This document shows, piece after piece, positions 17,409 through 26,862 of a DNA stretch of 32,000 bases. The position numbers and the translations under genes are program-made. This DNA is from Paracoccus suum (GTDB taxonomy: Bacteria; Pseudomonadota; Alphaproteobacteria; Rhodobacterales; Rhodobacteraceae). The stretch is from positions 3,218,999-3,250,998 of the forward strand of contig NZ_CP030918.1 in the NCBI RefSeq assembly GCF_003324675.1. Direction: 5' to 3'. Within the stretch, counting starts at the first letter, position 1, and each line of letters starts with the position of its first letter. The notes under the pieces are model-generated. The model had not been told where the DNA came from. It worked only from the letters and a program-made list of their open reading frames with translations, and did no database searches.

Positions 17409-18050
17409 TTAACCGCCGCCGCTCATCGCGGCATTCACTGCCAGCGCGATCAGCACGGTGTTATAGAGGAACGAAAGCACCGCCTGCATCAGCGTCAGGC
17501 GGCGCATGTCCGCACTGGTCACCGCGACGTCGGATGTCTGGGCGGTCATGGCGACTGTAAAGCTGTAGTAAAAGAACTCGATCAGGCCCGGACGCGGGCA
17601 ATTCTCTCCGAAATCGAGGCCGCCACCGCTGCCCTCGGCATTCTCGTCCGGATCGTCACCGGGCGCGTACCAGAGGTGAGAGTAGCGAAAGGTGAACAGG
17701 GTGTGGACCGCCACCCATCCCAGCGGGACCGAGATCAGCGGCGCGAAACGCGCCCAATTACTCGCGTCCGAGGAGGCGAGCGCCTCGAAGATCGCGACCA
17801 GGCTGATGGCGACCGCGCAGAGGGCGATCACCATGATGATGCCGATACCCTCGTCCTCGGCGCGGGCGTGCTCGGCCAGGTCATCCGGGGTCAAGTGCCG
17901 CGCCATCAGCCAGGTGGTCAAAAGGTAAAAGGCGAACAGAACATCCGCGCCGATCATCAGCCGGTGGATCAGCGTTCCCGGGATCGCCAGCGCCGCCACC
18001 GCGCCGAGCAGGAGCCCGACCAGAAACCGCCCGTGCCGCTTGAAATTCAC
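17409..18050 (-). CDS. DUF1345 family integral membrane protein
   Basis: Multiple TM helices, an acidic loop HARAEDEG and HTLFTFRYSHLWY, which I recall as typical of DUF1345. GTG 18050 chosen because it lies downstream of the TraB/GumN stop at 18079; the ORF extends to 18182. Confidence 0.7.
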   Translation of the reverse strand: MNFKRHGRFLVGLLLGAVAALAIPGTLIHRLMIGADVLFAFYLLTTWLMARHLTPDDLAEHARAEDEGIGIIMVIALCAVAISLVAIFEALASSDASNWARFAPLISVPLGWVAVHTLFTFRYSHLWYAPGDDPDENAEGSGGGLDFGENCPRPGLIEFFYYSFTVAMTAQTSDVAVTSADMRRLTLMQAVLSFLYNTVLIALAVNAAMSGGG

Positions 18051-18078
18051 TGTCGCCTGCCTTCTCGCCCTGCTCGCA

Positions 18079-19125
18079 TCACGACGCGGTTGTCTTGAGG
18101 GGTGTGATGGTCCAGCCGTCCGCCTGCAGCAGGTTGAGCAGTCCGGCCTCCCCCGGCAGATGCAAAGCGCCAAATCCGGCAACCACCGCCTTGCCCTGGT
18201 GAGCGGCCTTTTCCGCTGCCGCGGTCAGGGGCACCAGCCAGGCGTGATTGCGCCGGTCCATCAGTTGTCGACGCGAAAGTTCAGTCATCTTGTCGACCTC
18301 GGCCCGGGTCAGTCCGGAGTTGGCATAGGCATCGGTCCGCCCAAACTCCCACAACTGCCAAACGTTTCCGGAAAAATAGGCCTCGGTCAGGGTGGTGGCG
18401 TAGTCGTCTGCCATCTCGGCCTGTGGCAGGGCGGCGCGCAGCATGTCCAGTTCCTCTTCCGGGGCCATGCCGGCAAAGACAGAAAACAGCGTGTCCCACG
18501 GCTCGATGGCGCGCACGGGCGTTCCTGCTTTCCGTGCCAGAGCAATCAGTTGGTGGTCGAGGCCATCTGTCTCGCCCTTGTTCGTGGCTGTCTGACGCAG
18601 CATGCAGGGCGAGAGGCCGAGCATGGTTGCAAGATACCACGGCCGCAGGTGGTCTGTCGTGCTGGGCGGGACGCCCCGCGCGGTCATAGCGGCGGACAGC
18701 CGTGACCAGTCGGCGGGCCCCAGCCGCTGGGACAGAGGCGGGCCGTCCGGGTCGGCCATGAGGGTCGGATCGCCGCGCAGGGCTTTTGCCAGCGCGGCCT
18801 CCTCGGCCGGGCCGGCCTCGACCAGCAGCACGGCGGCTTTGGCGATGTCGGGGGAAAACCGGGCCAAGGTGCGCTGATGGCGCTGGTCGGCGAAATGATA
18901 GGTCCCGATCAGGATGATGCGGGCGTCACCCTTTTGCGCCTGCCAGAACAGACCCTTGGCGAAGGGCACGTCGGCCACCCGAGCCTGCATCGCCGCCAGG
19001 TCGGCGGCCGGCAACGCGGCCATCAGATCCCGGCCCCGGCAGGCCTCGGCCGCGGCATGGGCGGTCGGGGCCAGCGACAGGATGGAGAGGGACAACGCCA
19101 GCGTTCGGACAATCTTATGCAGCAT
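18079..19125 (-). CDS. TraB/GumN family protein, secreted or periplasmic
   Basis: ATG 19125 preceded by GGAGG. Signal peptide MLHKIVRTLALSLSILSLAPTAHA. Family motif FWQAQKGDARIILIGTYHFAD. The upstream 174 codons of ORF 18079-19647 are antisense to groES and were rejected. Confidence 0.85.
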   Translation of the reverse strand: MLHKIVRTLALSLSILSLAPTAHAAAEACRGRDLMAALPAADLAAMQARVADVPFAKGLFWQAQKGDARIILIGTYHFADQRHQRTLARFSPDIAKAAVLLVEAGPAEEAALAKALRGDPTLMADPDGPPLSQRLGPADWSRLSAAMTARGVPPSTTDHLRPWYLATMLGLSPCMLRQTATNKGETDGLDHQLIALARKAGTPVRAIEPWDTLFSVFAGMAPEEELDMLRAALPQAEMADDYATTLTEAYFSGNVWQLWEFGRTDAYANSGLTRAEVDKMTELSRRQLMDRRNHAWLVPLTAAAEKAAHQGKAVVAGFGALHLPGEAGLLNLLQADGWTITPLKTTAS

Positions 19126-19224
19126 CCAGCGCCTCCGTTGATGACCCGCGGACCCTGCCATGGGCGCGCGCCGGCCCCAACCCCCTGATGCGCCAAATGC
19201 CGCGCGCAATCGCGCACCACGACG

Positions 19225-19253
19225 TTGACAGGCACCCGGTCCGCGCCTAGATG
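19225..19253 (+). promoter_or_regulatory. groESL promoter (sigma70-like; -10 region also resembles the alphaproteobacterial sigma32 CCTAGAT type)
   Basis: TTGACA (19225-19230), 17-nt spacer, TAGATG (19248-19253). This places the transcription start at the left edge of CIRCE. Confidence 0.55.
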
Positions 19254-19260
19254 ACCGGCA

Positions 19261-19287
19261 TTGGCACTCGCCCCCCGTGAGTGCCAA
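19261..19287 (+). promoter_or_regulatory. CIRCE operator (HrcA binding site)
   Basis: TTGGCACTC-N9-GAGTGCCAA, a perfect 9-bp inverted repeat with 9-nt spacer, 40 nt upstream of groES. Consensus is TTAGCACTC-N9-GAGTGCTAA. Confidence 0.9.
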
Positions 19288-19326
19288 GCAGCAGACACTG
19301 CAACCATTCACACGGAGTGTTCCGCA

Positions 19327-19614
19327 ATGGCGTTCAAACCCCTGCATGATCGAGTCCTGGTCCGTCGCGTCCAGTCCGAGGAAAAGACCAAGGGCGGGCT
19401 GATCATCCCCGACACCGCAAAAGAAAAGCCCGCCGAGGGCGAGATCGTTGCCGTCGGCGAGGGCGCGCGCAAGGATTCGGGCGAGCTGATCGCACCGTCG
19501 GTGAAGGCTGGCGACCGCATCCTGTTCGGCAAGTGGTCGGGCACCGAAGTGACGCTCGACGGCGAAGAGCTGATCATCATGAAGGAAAGCGACATCCTCG
19601 GGATCACCGGCTGA
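19327..19614 (+). CDS. groES: Co-chaperonin GroES
   Basis: [14 protein letters not shown]...[13 protein letters not shown], 95 aa, immediately upstream of groEL. Confidence 0.98.
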   Translation: MAFKPLHDRVLVRRVQSEEKTKGGLIIPDTAKEKPAEGEIVAVGEGARKDSGELIAPSVKAGDRILFGKWSGTEVTLDGEELIIMKESDILGITG

Positions 19615-19658
19615 TCCCTCGCAGGTTTCGCAACAACCCTTTGACAAGGAAAAGATAA

Positions 19659-21311
<1,653 letters not shown>

Positions 21312-21355
21312 TCTGCCCAGAGCAGGTCACGGTCCATCCGTTTCCCCCGACAACG

Positions 21356-21386
21356 AAGGGCGCCCCGCGGGGCGCCCTTTTTGTTT
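21356..21386 (+). terminator. Rho-independent terminator of groESL
   Basis: AAGGGCGCCC-CGCG-GGGCGCCCTT stem-loop followed by TTTGTTT. Confidence 0.85.
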
Positions 21387-21462
21387 GGCGAGGGGAAGTT
21401 TCAGGAGGTGAGTCCCATGTCCTGGATAGATGCAGCTTCAAAAGTGAGCGCGTGACGCAGCG

Positions 21463-22026
21463 TCAGGCGCGCTCGGAGTATTCGAACGTCTCGGTGTTCA
21501 CGACGATGCGCTCCTCAGCGCCGACGAAGGGCGGGATCATGACCCGCAGGCCGTTGTCGAGGATCGCCGGCTTGTAGCTTTTGGATGCGGTCTGGCCGTT
21601 CACCACCGGCTCGGTCTCGGCCACCTTGCAGGTCACCTTTTGCGGGATGGTCACCGCCAGCGGCTCCTCGCCGTAATAACGCACCGCTGCCGTCATGCCG
21701 TCCTGCAGGAAGGGGCGGCGATCGCCCAACAGATCGGCGTCCAGTTCGATCTGCTCGAAGCTTTCGCTGTCCATGAACACCAGCTTGCCGTCACTCTCAT
21801 ACAGGAACTGCTGGTCCTTCATCTCGAGATAGACCTCGTCGACCTTGTCCTCGCTGCGAAAACGCTCGTTCAGCTTGCGACCGTCCCGCAGGTTTTTCAG
21901 TTCGACCTGGGCAAAGGCGCCCCCCTTGCCGGGTTTGACGTGGTTTACCTTCACGGCAGCCCACAAACCGCCGTCGTGGTCGATAATGCTGCCGGGACGG
22001 ATCTCGTTGCCATTGATCTTGGCCAT
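21463..22026 (-). CDS. efp: Translation elongation factor P
   Basis: [15 protein letters not shown]...[17 protein letters not shown], 187 aa. The internal ATG 22026 matches the conserved N-terminus. Confidence 0.96.
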   Translation of the reverse strand: MAKINGNEIRPGSIIDHDGGLWAAVKVNHVKPGKGGAFAQVELKNLRDGRKLNERFRSEDKVDEVYLEMKDQQFLYESDGKLVFMDSESFEQIELDADLLGDRRPFLQDGMTAAVRYYGEEPLAVTIPQKVTCKVAETEPVVNGQTASKSYKPAILDNGLRVMIPPFVGAEERIVVNTETFEYSERA

Positions 22027-22368
22027 CTCAATACCTTGATAGAGGGGTGTGAGCCGCGGTGGCGGCATGTGTTGCGAGGGGGCGTTAGCCGTCCCGGTGC
22101 GCCCTGGCAAGCGCAGCTTGCGGCGAAATGTCAAGGTGGCCATTGGGGAACCGGAGGTGTCGCCCACCGTTCACAATAGGCCGTTAGGCCTATGAAATGA
22201 CTGCAACGCGTTAGCAATGCACAGGGCGCATGGCGGACATGAGCCGCAGACCATACCGAATCGCGGCTGTGCGGCGTATCCGTCCAGCACCCCCCGCGCT
22301 GAGGGTATTTGATCGGGGAGGTGACCCCGCACCCGGACGATCCCGGGTGAGTGAGCAGGAAGATGTTT

Positions 22369-22695
22369 ATGCGTGATTTCGTGGATGGTTCGGCGTTCAA
22401 TTTCGAACAGGGTCAGCGCGCCCGCAAGCTGTTTGCCGCCGTCGTCCTTGCGGCGCTGGACGACGCGATTGCGGATGACAAGAAATACGGCAACGGCCCC
22501 GAGCAGATCGCCCGCTGGGCGCGCTCGCGCGACGGCCGCGAAGTGCTGTCCTGCGCTGGCATCGACCCCAACGAACGCGTTGTCAAAGGCCTGATGGAAT
22601 TTGTGTCCAAGGGCGTGCGCACCTCGGTCGCGCTCTCGCGCGAGGAGAGCGAGCGCCGCATGGCCGCCGAGGCCGAGGAAGCCGAAGCCGCCTGA
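22369..22695 (+). CDS. Hypothetical protein (about 108 aa) with acidic Ala/Glu-rich C-terminus
   Basis: ORF with genome-typical codon usage. AGGAAG sits 6 nt upstream of ATG 22369; alternative starts are GTG 22351 and ATG 22363. Followed by a strong terminator. No domain recognised. Confidence 0.55.
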   Translation: MRDFVDGSAFNFEQGQRARKLFAAVVLAALDDAIADDKKYGNGPEQIARWARSRDGREVLSCAGIDPNERVVKGLMEFVSKGVRTSVALSREESERRMAAEAEEAEAA

Positions 22696-22714
22696 TCAAT
22701 TCACGACAGAGCGC

Positions 22715-22747
22715 AAAAGGCCGCCCGTCGGGCGGCCTTTGTCGTTT
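22715..22747. terminator. Bidirectional rho-independent terminator between convergent genes
   Basis: AAAGGCCGCCC-GTC-GGGCGGCCTTT, an 11-bp stem flanked by an A-run upstream and a T-rich run downstream. Confidence 0.8.
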
Positions 22748-22758
22748 GCGGGCATGGC

Positions 22759-23517
22759 TTAAGCAAGGCCCTGCGCCGCGGCCTCGATGCCGGCCATCGC
22801 GGTGCGGTATGGGGCCGGGCCAAAGCTGATGCGGCCGACCCCGAGGCGCGCGACCGCGCCGACGTCGGCCGGGTCGGAAAGCATGATGTTCACCGGCAGT
22901 GCGACCCGCTTGCAGAGCTCGGTGACCAGACCGGGCTCACGCAGACCCGGCGCAAAGAAGCCGTCGGCACCGGCTGCGGCATAGACGGCTGCCCGCTGCA
23001 CAGCCTCATCCAGCAGGGCGGGATGTTCCTCGGCACTGGCCTTCAGGAAAAGGTCGGTGCGGGCGTTGATGAAGGTAGGCACGCCAAGGGCTTCGGCGGC
23101 GCTGCGCACGGCGGCCACCCGTTCCGCCTGTTCAGCAATGGGATGCAGACCCTCGCCGCCGACCACCTGATCCTCGAAGTTGAGTCCGATGGCTCCGACC
23201 TCGAGCAGCAGGCGCACATTGTCGGCGACAGCATCGGGCGCCGCGGCATAGCCGCCTTCGAAATCGATGCTCACGGGCAGGTCGACCGACTGGACGATGC
23301 GGCGCGCGGCGGCCAGCACCTCGGACATGGGCATGGCCTGCCCGTCGTCATAGCCGTTCGCCGCTGCGACAGACCAACTGCCGGTTGCGATGGCCTTGGC
23401 GCCGGCGCGTTGGACGGCGCGGGCGCTGCCCGCGTCCCAGATATTGTAGAGCACAACGGGCTTGCCCGGCACATGCAGGGCGCGAAACGCGCGGGCCTTG
23501 GCGATCTGATCTTCCAT
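22759..23517 (-). CDS. Isocitrate lyase / PEP mutase superfamily protein (2-methylisocitrate lyase-like, function unassigned)
   Basis: N-terminal FRALHVPGKPVVLYNIWDAGSA and central IGLNFEDQ are typical of the short members of this family. Strong SD GGAGGAGAGGA. Confidence 0.85.
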   Translation of the reverse strand: MEDQIAKARAFRALHVPGKPVVLYNIWDAGSARAVQRAGAKAIATGSWSVAAANGYDDGQAMPMSEVLAAARRIVQSVDLPVSIDFEGGYAAAPDAVADNVRLLLEVGAIGLNFEDQVVGGEGLHPIAEQAERVAAVRSAAEALGVPTFINARTDLFLKASAEEHPALLDEAVQRAAVYAAAGADGFFAPGLREPGLVTELCKRVALPVNIMLSDPADVGAVARLGVGRISFGPAPYRTAMAGIEAAAQGLA

Positions 23518-23617
23518 GCGATCCTCTCCTCCGATGATGCCCTACAGGCAGGCGTCCGGGTAATGCAGGCCCGCGGCGGGTGGGAACGCCGATCGGGCGT
23601 CAATGTCCCGCGGGACG

Positions 23618-24604
23618 CTAGGCCATGCGCGTGACGCTGCCGGCGGCGTGCAGGGCGATCACATCCTCCAGCCGGCACAGCTCGGTTGCGGGAGACATGC
23701 AGGTGGCCGAGGCGCATGCGGCGGCCCAGGCCAGTGCCTGCGGCAACCCTTCGCCCCTCGCCCGGGCGAGGGTGTAGCCGGCGACAAAGCTGTCACCAGC
23801 GCCGACGCGGCTGACGATCTGCACCCGCAGCGCCTCGGCATGCCAGACGCCTTCGGCCGAGGCGAGGATGTTGCCGTCCCCGCCGCGCGCCACCATCACC
23901 ACTTCGGCCGCGCCATCCGCGACCAGCTGGGCGGCAAAACCTGCGCTCGCTTCGCGTGACAGCAAAGGCCGCCCGGCCAACGCCTCCGCCTCTTCGCCGT
24001 CCATACGCAGGACGGCGAGGCGGGTGCGGGCGGCAGCCACATCGGCCAGCGCCGCGCCCGAGGTGTCCACCGTCAGCCCTGCACCTGCGGGTAGCGCCCG
24101 GGCGAGCCGGGCGGCGATGTCGGCGCCAATTCCCGGCGGGGTGGAGCCCGACAGCACGACCATGCCGCCATGCCCAGCGACCGCCACCACAGCCGCGATG
24201 GCGGCCTCGGCGTCCGGTTGGGTCCAGTCCGGGCCGGGCAGCATGAAGCGGAACTGCTGGCCGGTCAGCTCCTCGGTCACGGCCAGTGACAGGCGCGTCT
24301 CGCCGGGAGCGGGCAGCGTCACGGTGGCGATGCCACCTTCGGCCAGCAGCGCGGACATGCGCGCGCCCGTCGGGCCGCCCAGCGAGACCGCCGCGCGGCT
24401 GTCACCCCCAAGGCGGGCGATAGCGCGGCTGACATTGATTCCGCCACCGCCGGGATCGGCCAGCGGGGCGGCGCAGCGCAGCTTGATGTCGGGGATCACC
24501 CGGTCGATGCGGGTCGCGAGGTCAAAGGCCGGGTTCAAAGTGACCGTCAGGATCGGCGTCTGCGGCCCGCCCTGCCCCGGCCCCCCCAACCCGCCGATGG
24601 TCAT
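23618..24604 (-). CDS. PfkB-family sugar kinase of the 1-phosphofructokinase / tagatose-6-P kinase subgroup
   Basis: ILTVTLNPAFDL N-terminus, GGGGINVS and C-terminal GAGDSFVAG motif. ATG 24604 overlaps the stop of the upstream gene (ATGA). Confidence 0.87.
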   Translation of the reverse strand: MTIGGLGGPGQGGPQTPILTVTLNPAFDLATRIDRVIPDIKLRCAAPLADPGGGGINVSRAIARLGGDSRAAVSLGGPTGARMSALLAEGGIATVTLPAPGETRLSLAVTEELTGQQFRFMLPGPDWTQPDAEAAIAAVVAVAGHGGMVVLSGSTPPGIGADIAARLARALPAGAGLTVDTSGAALADVAAARTRLAVLRMDGEEAEALAGRPLLSREASAGFAAQLVADGAAEVVMVARGGDGNILASAEGVWHAEALRVQIVSRVGAGDSFVAGYTLARARGEGLPQALAWAAACASATCMSPATELCRLEDVIALHAAGSVTRMA

Positions 24605-25005
24605 TCCCACCACCGGTCGATCCGGGCGATGTCGTCATCGGACCAGCCGAAATGGTGCGCCAGCTCGTGAATCACGACGTTGCGCACGAGATCGCCCAGC
24701 GCGACATTCCCGCGCGCGGCCCACTCGTCAAGGATCGCGCGGCGGTAAAGCCGGACCACATCCGGGAAATGCTGCGGCTCTGACGCCATCTTCTCGGTCA
24801 ATGGGATGCCGTCATACAGCCCCGTCAGCTCCAGCGGATCGTCAATCTCCAACTCGTCGAGAGTGTCGTGGTCGGCCATTTCCTCGACCCGCAGATGCAC
24901 GTCATGGGCGTGGCCGGCAAACTCGGCCGGCAGCCCGGCGATGACCTCGCGCGCCAGCGCCTCCAGCGCGGCGGCGTCGGGCGCCATGGTTTCGGTCCAA
25001 TCCAT
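24601..25005 (-). CDS. Small zincin-like metallopeptidase family protein (DUF1025-type, HExxH)
   Basis: 134 aa, acidic, ends with VVIHELAHHFGWSDDDIARIDRWWE. Only the last 134 codons of the 601-aa ORF 24601-26406 are taken as real. Confidence 0.82.
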   Translation of the reverse strand: MDWTETMAPDAAALEALAREVIAGLPAEFAGHAHDVHLRVEEMADHDTLDELEIDDPLELTGLYDGIPLTEKMASEPQHFPDVVRLYRRAILDEWAARGNVALGDLVRNVVIHELAHHFGWSDDDIARIDRWWE

Positions 25006-25095
25006 CTCGCTGTCCCCCCTCGTGCCCCGGTCCGGCCCCGATATGGACAACAAACGCCCCCTGTGAAAGAGGACTCGCTGCCAAGGAGGTGCGCC

Positions 25096-26427
25096 ATGAC
25101 CGCCACGACCACACGTTTTGCACCCTCGCCGACCGGACATATCCACATCGGCAACCTGCGTAGCGCGCTGATGAACTACCTGATCGCGCGCAAGGCGGGG
25201 GGCACGTTCATCCTGCGGCTGGACGACACCGACCGCGAGCGCAGCAAACAGGAATATGCCGACGGGATCATGCGTGATCTGGAATGGCTGGGCCTGACCT
25301 GGGACCGGGTCGAGCGGCAGTCGGACCGGCTGGGCCGCTATGCCGAGGCGGCGGACGACCTGCGCGCGTCGGGCCGCCTCTACGAGGTGTTCGAGACGCC
25401 GACCGAACTGGACCTGAAGCGCAAAAAGCAGCTGAACATGGGCCGCCCGCCCGTCTATGACCGCGCCGGACACGGGTTGAGCGAAGACCAAAAGGCCGCG
25501 CTGCGGGCCGAGGGTCGGCAGGGTTACTGGCGCTTTCTGCTGAACCAAAACCGGATCGAATGGAACGACGGGATCATCGGTCCGGTCAGCATCGACGCTG
25601 CCAGCGTCAGCGACCCGGTCCTGATCCGCGCTGACGGGCAGGTGCTTTATACCTTTGCCAGTTCGGTCGACGACATCGACATGGGCGTGACCAACATCGT
25701 GCGCGGCGCCGACCATGTGACCAACACCGCGACGCAGATCCAGATCATGCAGGCGATGGGCGGCACCCCGCCGCAATTCGCGCATCACAGTCTGCTGACC
25801 GGCCCCGGCGGGGAGGAGTTGTCCAAGCGCCTCGGCACCCTCTCGCTGCGCGATCTGCGCGAGCAGGGCGTGGCGCCCGAGGCGCTGCTGTCGCTGATGG
25901 CCCGCCTCGGCTCCAGCCAGCCGGTCGCGGTGCGCATGTCGCTGGACGAGATCGCCAACGGGTTCGAGGTCGGCCAGTTCGGCACCGCCCCGACCCGCTT
26001 TGACGCCGAGGACCTGTGGCCCCTGACCCGCGAGGCGAACCAGGCACGCCCCTTTGCCGAGGTCCGCGAGCGTATCGCCGCCCTGGGCGTGCCGGACGAC
26101 CTGGCCGAGCGGTTCTGGCGCGTCGCCTCGCAGAACATCACACGGCTGGACGACCTTGCCGGATGGTGGACGATCTTCTCGGAGGGCGCCCGCCCCGAGA
26201 TCGCGCCCGAGGACCGCGCCTTCGTCACAGAGGCCCTCAGCCTGCTGCCGCCGCCGCCCTACTCCGAGGCGTCGTGGTCGGAATGGACCGCAGCCGTAAA
26301 GGCCGCGACCGGGCGCAAGGGCAAGTCGCTGTTCATGCCGTTGCGCAAGGCGCTGACTGGGCAGGACCACGGGCCGGAAATGGCCGAGGTGATGCCGCTG
26401 CTGCAAAAGGCGCCGCAGTCGGCGTGA
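25096..26427 (+). CDS. gltX: Glutamate--tRNA ligase (short 443-aa form)
   Basis: AAGGAGG SD 6 nt upstream of ATG 25096. RFAPSPTGHIHIGNLRSAL (HIGH) and ELSKR (KMSKS-type) motifs. Confidence 0.96.
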   Translation: MTATTTRFAPSPTGHIHIGNLRSALMNYLIARKAGGTFILRLDDTDRERSKQEYADGIMRDLEWLGLTWDRVERQSDRLGRYAEAADDLRASGRLYEVFETPTELDLKRKKQLNMGRPPVYDRAGHGLSEDQKAALRAEGRQGYWRFLLNQNRIEWNDGIIGPVSIDAASVSDPVLIRADGQVLYTFASSVDDIDMGVTNIVRGADHVTNTATQIQIMQAMGGTPPQFAHHSLLTGPGGEELSKRLGTLSLRDLREQGVAPEALLSLMARLGSSQPVAVRMSLDEIANGFEVGQFGTAPTRFDAEDLWPLTREANQARPFAEVRERIAALGVPDDLAERFWRVASQNITRLDDLAGWWTIFSEGARPEIAPEDRAFVTEALSLLPPPPYSEASWSEWTAAVKAATGRKGKSLFMPLRKALTGQDHGPEMAEVMPLLQKAPQSA

Positions 26428-26529
26428 TGGCCGCGCAGGATTTCGGGCGCCTGCAGGCAGCGGTCTGCCGGCGCCGCCGTCCTGCGGATTATTCCCCGCA
26501 ACCGCACCCGGTTTCGCGCGATATCACGG

Positions 26530-26558
26530 TTGACGCGCCGCCCCGCCTCGCCTAAATC
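26530..26558 (+). promoter_or_regulatory. Sigma70-like promoter for the tRNA gene
   Basis: TTGACG, 17-nt GC-rich spacer, TAAATC, then a GC-rich discriminator (GCCCGCACCC). About 25 nt upstream of the tRNA 5' end. Confidence 0.5.
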
Positions 26559-26583
26559 GCCCGCACCCGAACGGGCACGTTGG

Positions 26584-26660
26584 GGCGGAGTAGCTCAGCT
26601 GGTTAGAGCAGAGGAATCATAATCCTTGTGTCGGGGGTTCAAATCCCTCCTCCGCTACCA
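26584..26660 (+). tRNA. tRNA with CAT anticodon (elongator tRNA-Met, or tRNA-Ile2 if lysidine-modified); encoded CCA end
   Basis: Manual cloverleaf: acceptor GGCGGAG/CTCCGCT (G1-U72 wobble), D arm GCTC-AGCTGGTTA-GAGC, anticodon arm GAGGA-ATCATAA-TCCTT, variable loop GTGTC, T arm GGGGG-TTCAAAT-CCCTC, then A-CCA. Lacks the three G-C pairs of an initiator anticodon stem. Confidence 0.92.
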
Positions 26661-26862
26661 TTTTCTTCTAGAATTGATTTCAGGACGCTAGGGCCGGTTC
26701 GCTCGGTTGGCGCTCAAATGCTCCGCCTATCAAGGCAGATGCTGCGGATGGGGCACAACCGCGCTTCAGTCTGGCTACCCATACGCGGTCCGGTCTCAGG
26801 GACAACAGACGTTCCCCCGCCCCTCGATCTAGAGGGGCAGAGAGCGAGCCCGCCGCGAAACC

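Noticed and set aside
19126-19647. N-terminal 174 codons of the 522-aa ORF 18079-19647, and the 339-aa ORF 19308-20327.
   Set aside because: Both are antisense to groES/groEL or cross their promoter. The TraB/GumN protein has its own GGAGG SD and signal peptide at ATG 19125.
25006-26406. The upstream ~467 codons of the 601-aa minus-strand ORF 24601-26406.
   Set aside because: This part is antisense to gltX and has no recognisable domain. Only the last 134 codons (24601-25005), starting at an internal ATG, form a coherent HExxH protein.
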